Position numbers and translations under genes: made by a program. A DNA stretch of 63,994 bases, counting the filler, from Octopus bimaculoides (lineage: Eukaryota): the NCBI RefSeq assembly GCF_001194135.2. It is 8 parts of 8 records of this genome, joined end to end, with 100 filler letters (N's around TTAATTAATTAA, not from the genome) between each part and the next. Parts side by side here need not be neighbours in the genome. Positions count along the whole stretch, not along the records: positions 59,976 to 62,837 come from NW_026396140.1; positions 62,938 to 63,994 come from NW_026334773.1; 6 more parts are not named here. One strand, written 5' to 3'. This document shows positions 60,278 through 63,994 of the stretch, one piece after another. How positions within the stretch are numbered: position 1 is the first letter of the stretch; each line of letters starts with the position of its first letter. Below the pieces are notes generated by a model. It worked only from the letters and a program-made list of their open reading frames with translations, was not told the DNA's origin and did no database searches.

Positions 60278-63216
60278 TAGATCGCAAAGACCGGTACCAT
60301 TTCCTCACAGTTGAATTTCGTCGAGATCCCTGTCTTAATCTTCCACCACTGACCAGATATTTCTGTCACCGATCTACACGCTGTTAACAATGAAAACCAG
60401 CTTCTTACTCATTTTATGCTGTTGACCTTTCAACGAGCCGAGGCTTAAGGTACATGCCATCTGCCCATGGGTAGCTACTTTCACTACGGTCGGGTGAAGA
60501 CGGTTCTGAGGTTTGGGTAGGGCTATTAAGACGCAAGTTACCTTTTGACAACATAACCTCATCTCTGATAAGATGGATCGCTAGCTGTACACTCTTGTGT
60601 GTATGTGTCTCGCAGTTAGTCTTTCACCGGGTTTGCTTACATTAGTAGTCGGAGGAAGATAGAAATGCAGACGTTTCTCACACACCGTCAGACAAACCGC
60701 TTCGTTCTGGAATCGACTGACGAATTCGTAGTTAAGCACCCTTCTCCTGCGGCTGACCAGTCAAAGTTGTGAGTCTTCCTGTTTGGGTTGGCAGCGTTGG
60801 AACATCTCCGCTTAGGTTGACCGTAGTATATCGGATGGTTTTGGTCGATTATGAAGAGGATGTGCGCGAAGTCTCATGCCATTTCCCAGCGGCCGACCCG
60901 AAGCTCTGCTCCGGCAGATCGCTGTGCGCGCGTGCATTATTGACCCATGCTAGTCACTTGCCTGCTCACTTGATAGAGGAATGTGGAAGGTGGGTGTCGT
61001 GTGGGAAAACCGCTCTCTGCCACTGCCAAAAGTCATTCTTCTCTCGTTCGCCCACGAATAGAGGCCTGCCAGCTCTGGCACACCAGACCATGTGTCCTTG
61101 AAACAGCGGCCCGTCGTTACTCGCCTAATAAAGGTGGAAGTTAGTCATTTGGAGTAGAATGTGCAAACTCGTCTCTGAAATGAAGGTGGACAGAGTAACA
61201 TCTGATGGGTGCAGCCGACTTCGGGGCCATTTTTCTTTGCTTAATGGCCGAATGTGTCACGTTTATTAGGCAGCAGAACCAATTTCGGTAATTGAACCAT
61301 GTGAGTCAATGTCGTCACAAGTCGCCCATCAAATAACGACCTCTCATGGGGAGCTTTCTTTCTCTTTCTCTCACTCTCCGATGTCCAACAATTCACCGAC
61401 GGACACCTTCTGTGTAAATACTTTCTAGTTGTTTATATGTCCAAATACGGAAAATAAACGGCTGGTGGCGAGTGGGGAGACCACGTGCATCTCCGCGGCC
61501 TGTTGCCGCCAACATATTACTATCTTCCACCCTCCCTGGCTAATTCCGGAGGCACCGATTCGTGTGTCATGCAAACCACTTGACGAGCGGTCTACCACTG
61601 CTTTTCTCCTTTTGGCCATCCGTCGAAAATGTTAACCGCCAATCTCGCTAACTCCCTTTTCTTCGGAAAAATCGAATCGAAAATGATTTCTTGCATACTA
61701 TTAGACTTGCAGTTTGAAGTGACGAACAGCAAGCACACTNNNNNNNNNNTTGCATACTATTAGACTTGCAGTTTGAAGTGACGAACAGCAAGCACACTGT
61801 CATCTTTTGGATCTCATCTCACAAACAAAAGGACTATGAAGATTGTACTGCGCTTCTCCCCATTACACCGCACAACACCGTGTTACATCCAGCGANNNNN
61901 NNNNNCACGCAACTCGGAGGCAAGTAAATGTTTTCGTTCTCCACATAAATGAAGCCGTAACTCATATGGAAGAAAGTTCGTTTGGAACGTTCGATACTAA
62001 GATGACGTCGGCATACGACTTGACTTACAGTTTGGTGNNNNNNNNNNNNNNNNNNNNNNNNNNNNNNNNNNNTGTATTTAGTAGAAAAGTTACCAATTTC
62101 GATCTATTACACCGTCCCACACTAAGAATTGCGAAGTAGCGCAGTGCATCGATTTTAGTTTTATGCTCACGAAGTCTATTGCTGAGGTCCCGGATTCCGT
62201 CAGTCGAGCGACGAATACTGCTATCTCTTTCTTGTACGTATCCAATTTGGCACATAACGGCATTGATTCAGCTATGGAAGAAACTCAATACAAACGGGAA
62301 AGGAGCAAAATCGTAGGGCCCCAACGTCTGCTCCACCCTCCGGATGGGGATCTGTCAAGCTGATTTCTATCAAGATAACTTCACATACANNNNNNNNNNN
62401 NGCCGACAACCCCGATGAAAGAACACTTACAGTCCTTGTAAGAAGAATATCTTACTTGTGTGTTTATCCGCGAAGTTTTCTTACTGTTGGTGTCAGGTGA
62501 AAATGGTAACGCACCCAAATGTGTCGATGGCAAGAATAACACACAAACATACACACAAGATCTGGCTACTGATGAAGCGGACCTGAGATTTGAGCAGGTG
62601 GCAGGAACCGCGGATTTCAGATGGATATTGCATTATCCGGCATATTAAGCTGTCTGCAGCACCATTCGTCTTCGTGTTTGTCAGGGAACGAAGGACGATT
62701 TTAATTGCCACAATGTGAGTCGTGTTCGTGGTACTCGTCGGTCAATCGACAGAAACCGTAATTGGGCGAAAGCCCTGGTCAGAGCTGAAAGAAGAGAAGA
62801 AGATATTGACTGCGGCCATGCTGGAGCACCGCCTTTANNNNNNNNNNNNNNNNNNNNNNNNNNNNNNNNNNNNNNNNNNNNTTAATTAATTAANNNNNNN
62901 NNNNNNNNNNNNNNNNNNNNNNNNNNNNNNNNNNNNNTGTATGTATGTATGTATGTATTTATATATATGCATACATGCGTATATGGAAACACACACGTAC
63001 GCACGTAAGATTTTGTAATGTATAGTGTATTAGATACGACTACAACTTAGGAAAAAGAAAACATAGTATGCTTATATAGGGTTTTATTGTAGTCGTTGGA
63101 AGGTTTCTTACTGCACAATGATTAGACGTTTCGTTTCATGCGACAATCTTCAGATTGTCACCATACATGTACGTATGGATGCGTGTGATCCACATACACG
63201 CACTCACACACACAAA

Positions 63217-63269
<53 letters not shown>

Positions 63270-63693
63270 CCATATAAGGATTTACTTTTCGTAATGAGAT
63301 AAAAAAAACCAAGGCTGTGTACATTATAGAACATTTATAAATAGAAGGTCTTACAGCTGTTTCCAGGATATTCATTATATCCCTTCATCCCTCTGATGGT
63401 GATGTCGGGTTGCCGTTATCGTGAGATACAGTGTGTGATTGTTTGAATGACTAAAGCTAATTTGTTCAAGACACATAGACAAACAGATAAATAGATGAAG
63501 AGGAAGGGAAGATCCAACCACAGTAAAAGACTGGTGCTTTATTTATCTATCCCCAAAGGAGGAGAGTCAAAGTTGAAATCCTGGCATATGAGCCCAAGTC
63601 GCAGCAACAAACATCGCAAACCAATCCATCCGACGATTTAACTACTAAACAAAAAGCCGTGTGTGCGCGCACGTGTGTGTGTGTGTGTGTGTA

Positions 63694-63724
<31 letters not shown>

Positions 63725-63994
63725 TTAATTATAGGTTTTGTTAACTTCATGAAGGGATGGTTTCATCCAAGGAGATACTGGTTCATTACGTAGTATTTTG
63801 GGGGAATGAACGTCCTTAAAATAATAGGTTGTAACGAATTCACAAACACACATATAACATCCGAAGGCACATCTTTGTTCCTCTGATGTTATTATCTTCG
63901 TGTCGCATAAATGTATTTAATTCAATGTTTATTGAGTGTTAATAGAAACAGCTGTAAGTGAAGATGACCAATTTGCTGTTAATAATAAACAATT

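Overview
Repeat-rich animal genomic DNA. The repeat families and microsatellite load look like an octopus (coleoid cephalopod) assembly; this is inferred, not tested. The window is broken by many N gaps. Seven of them contain an artificial TTAATTAATTAA spacer (about 12213, 23695, 27375, 32566, 52797, 59920, 62882), so contiguity across those joins is not guaranteed. One complete protein-coding gene can be reconstructed by hand on the minus strand: 5 exons (52497-52370, 48370-48277, 44899-44740, 41515-41360, 37912-37749), 702 nt, 233 aa. All introns are GT-AG and the phases match. The product resembles the uncharacterised helix-hairpin-helix (DNA-glycosylase-like) family of Drosophila Amun/CG2446 and zebrafish zgc:112496. 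A probable first coding exon of a second, unidentified gene lies at 12309-12431 (+). The rest is transposon-derived. Non-LTR elements include an internally deleted R4/Dong-clade element between two (TAA)n tracts, RTE, RTE-BovB-like, RTE-X-like and CRE-like relics, and a Penelope-like ORF relic. There are several decayed hammerhead-ribozyme-like motifs, tRNA-headed SINEs, mariner/Tigger/hAT/piggyBac/Helitron-like relics, several long inverted repeats and a tRNA-Ala-like pseudogene. A CpG-rich 2.5 kb block at 60290-62810 remains unexplained. All family names come from recalled motif similarity; no database search was run.
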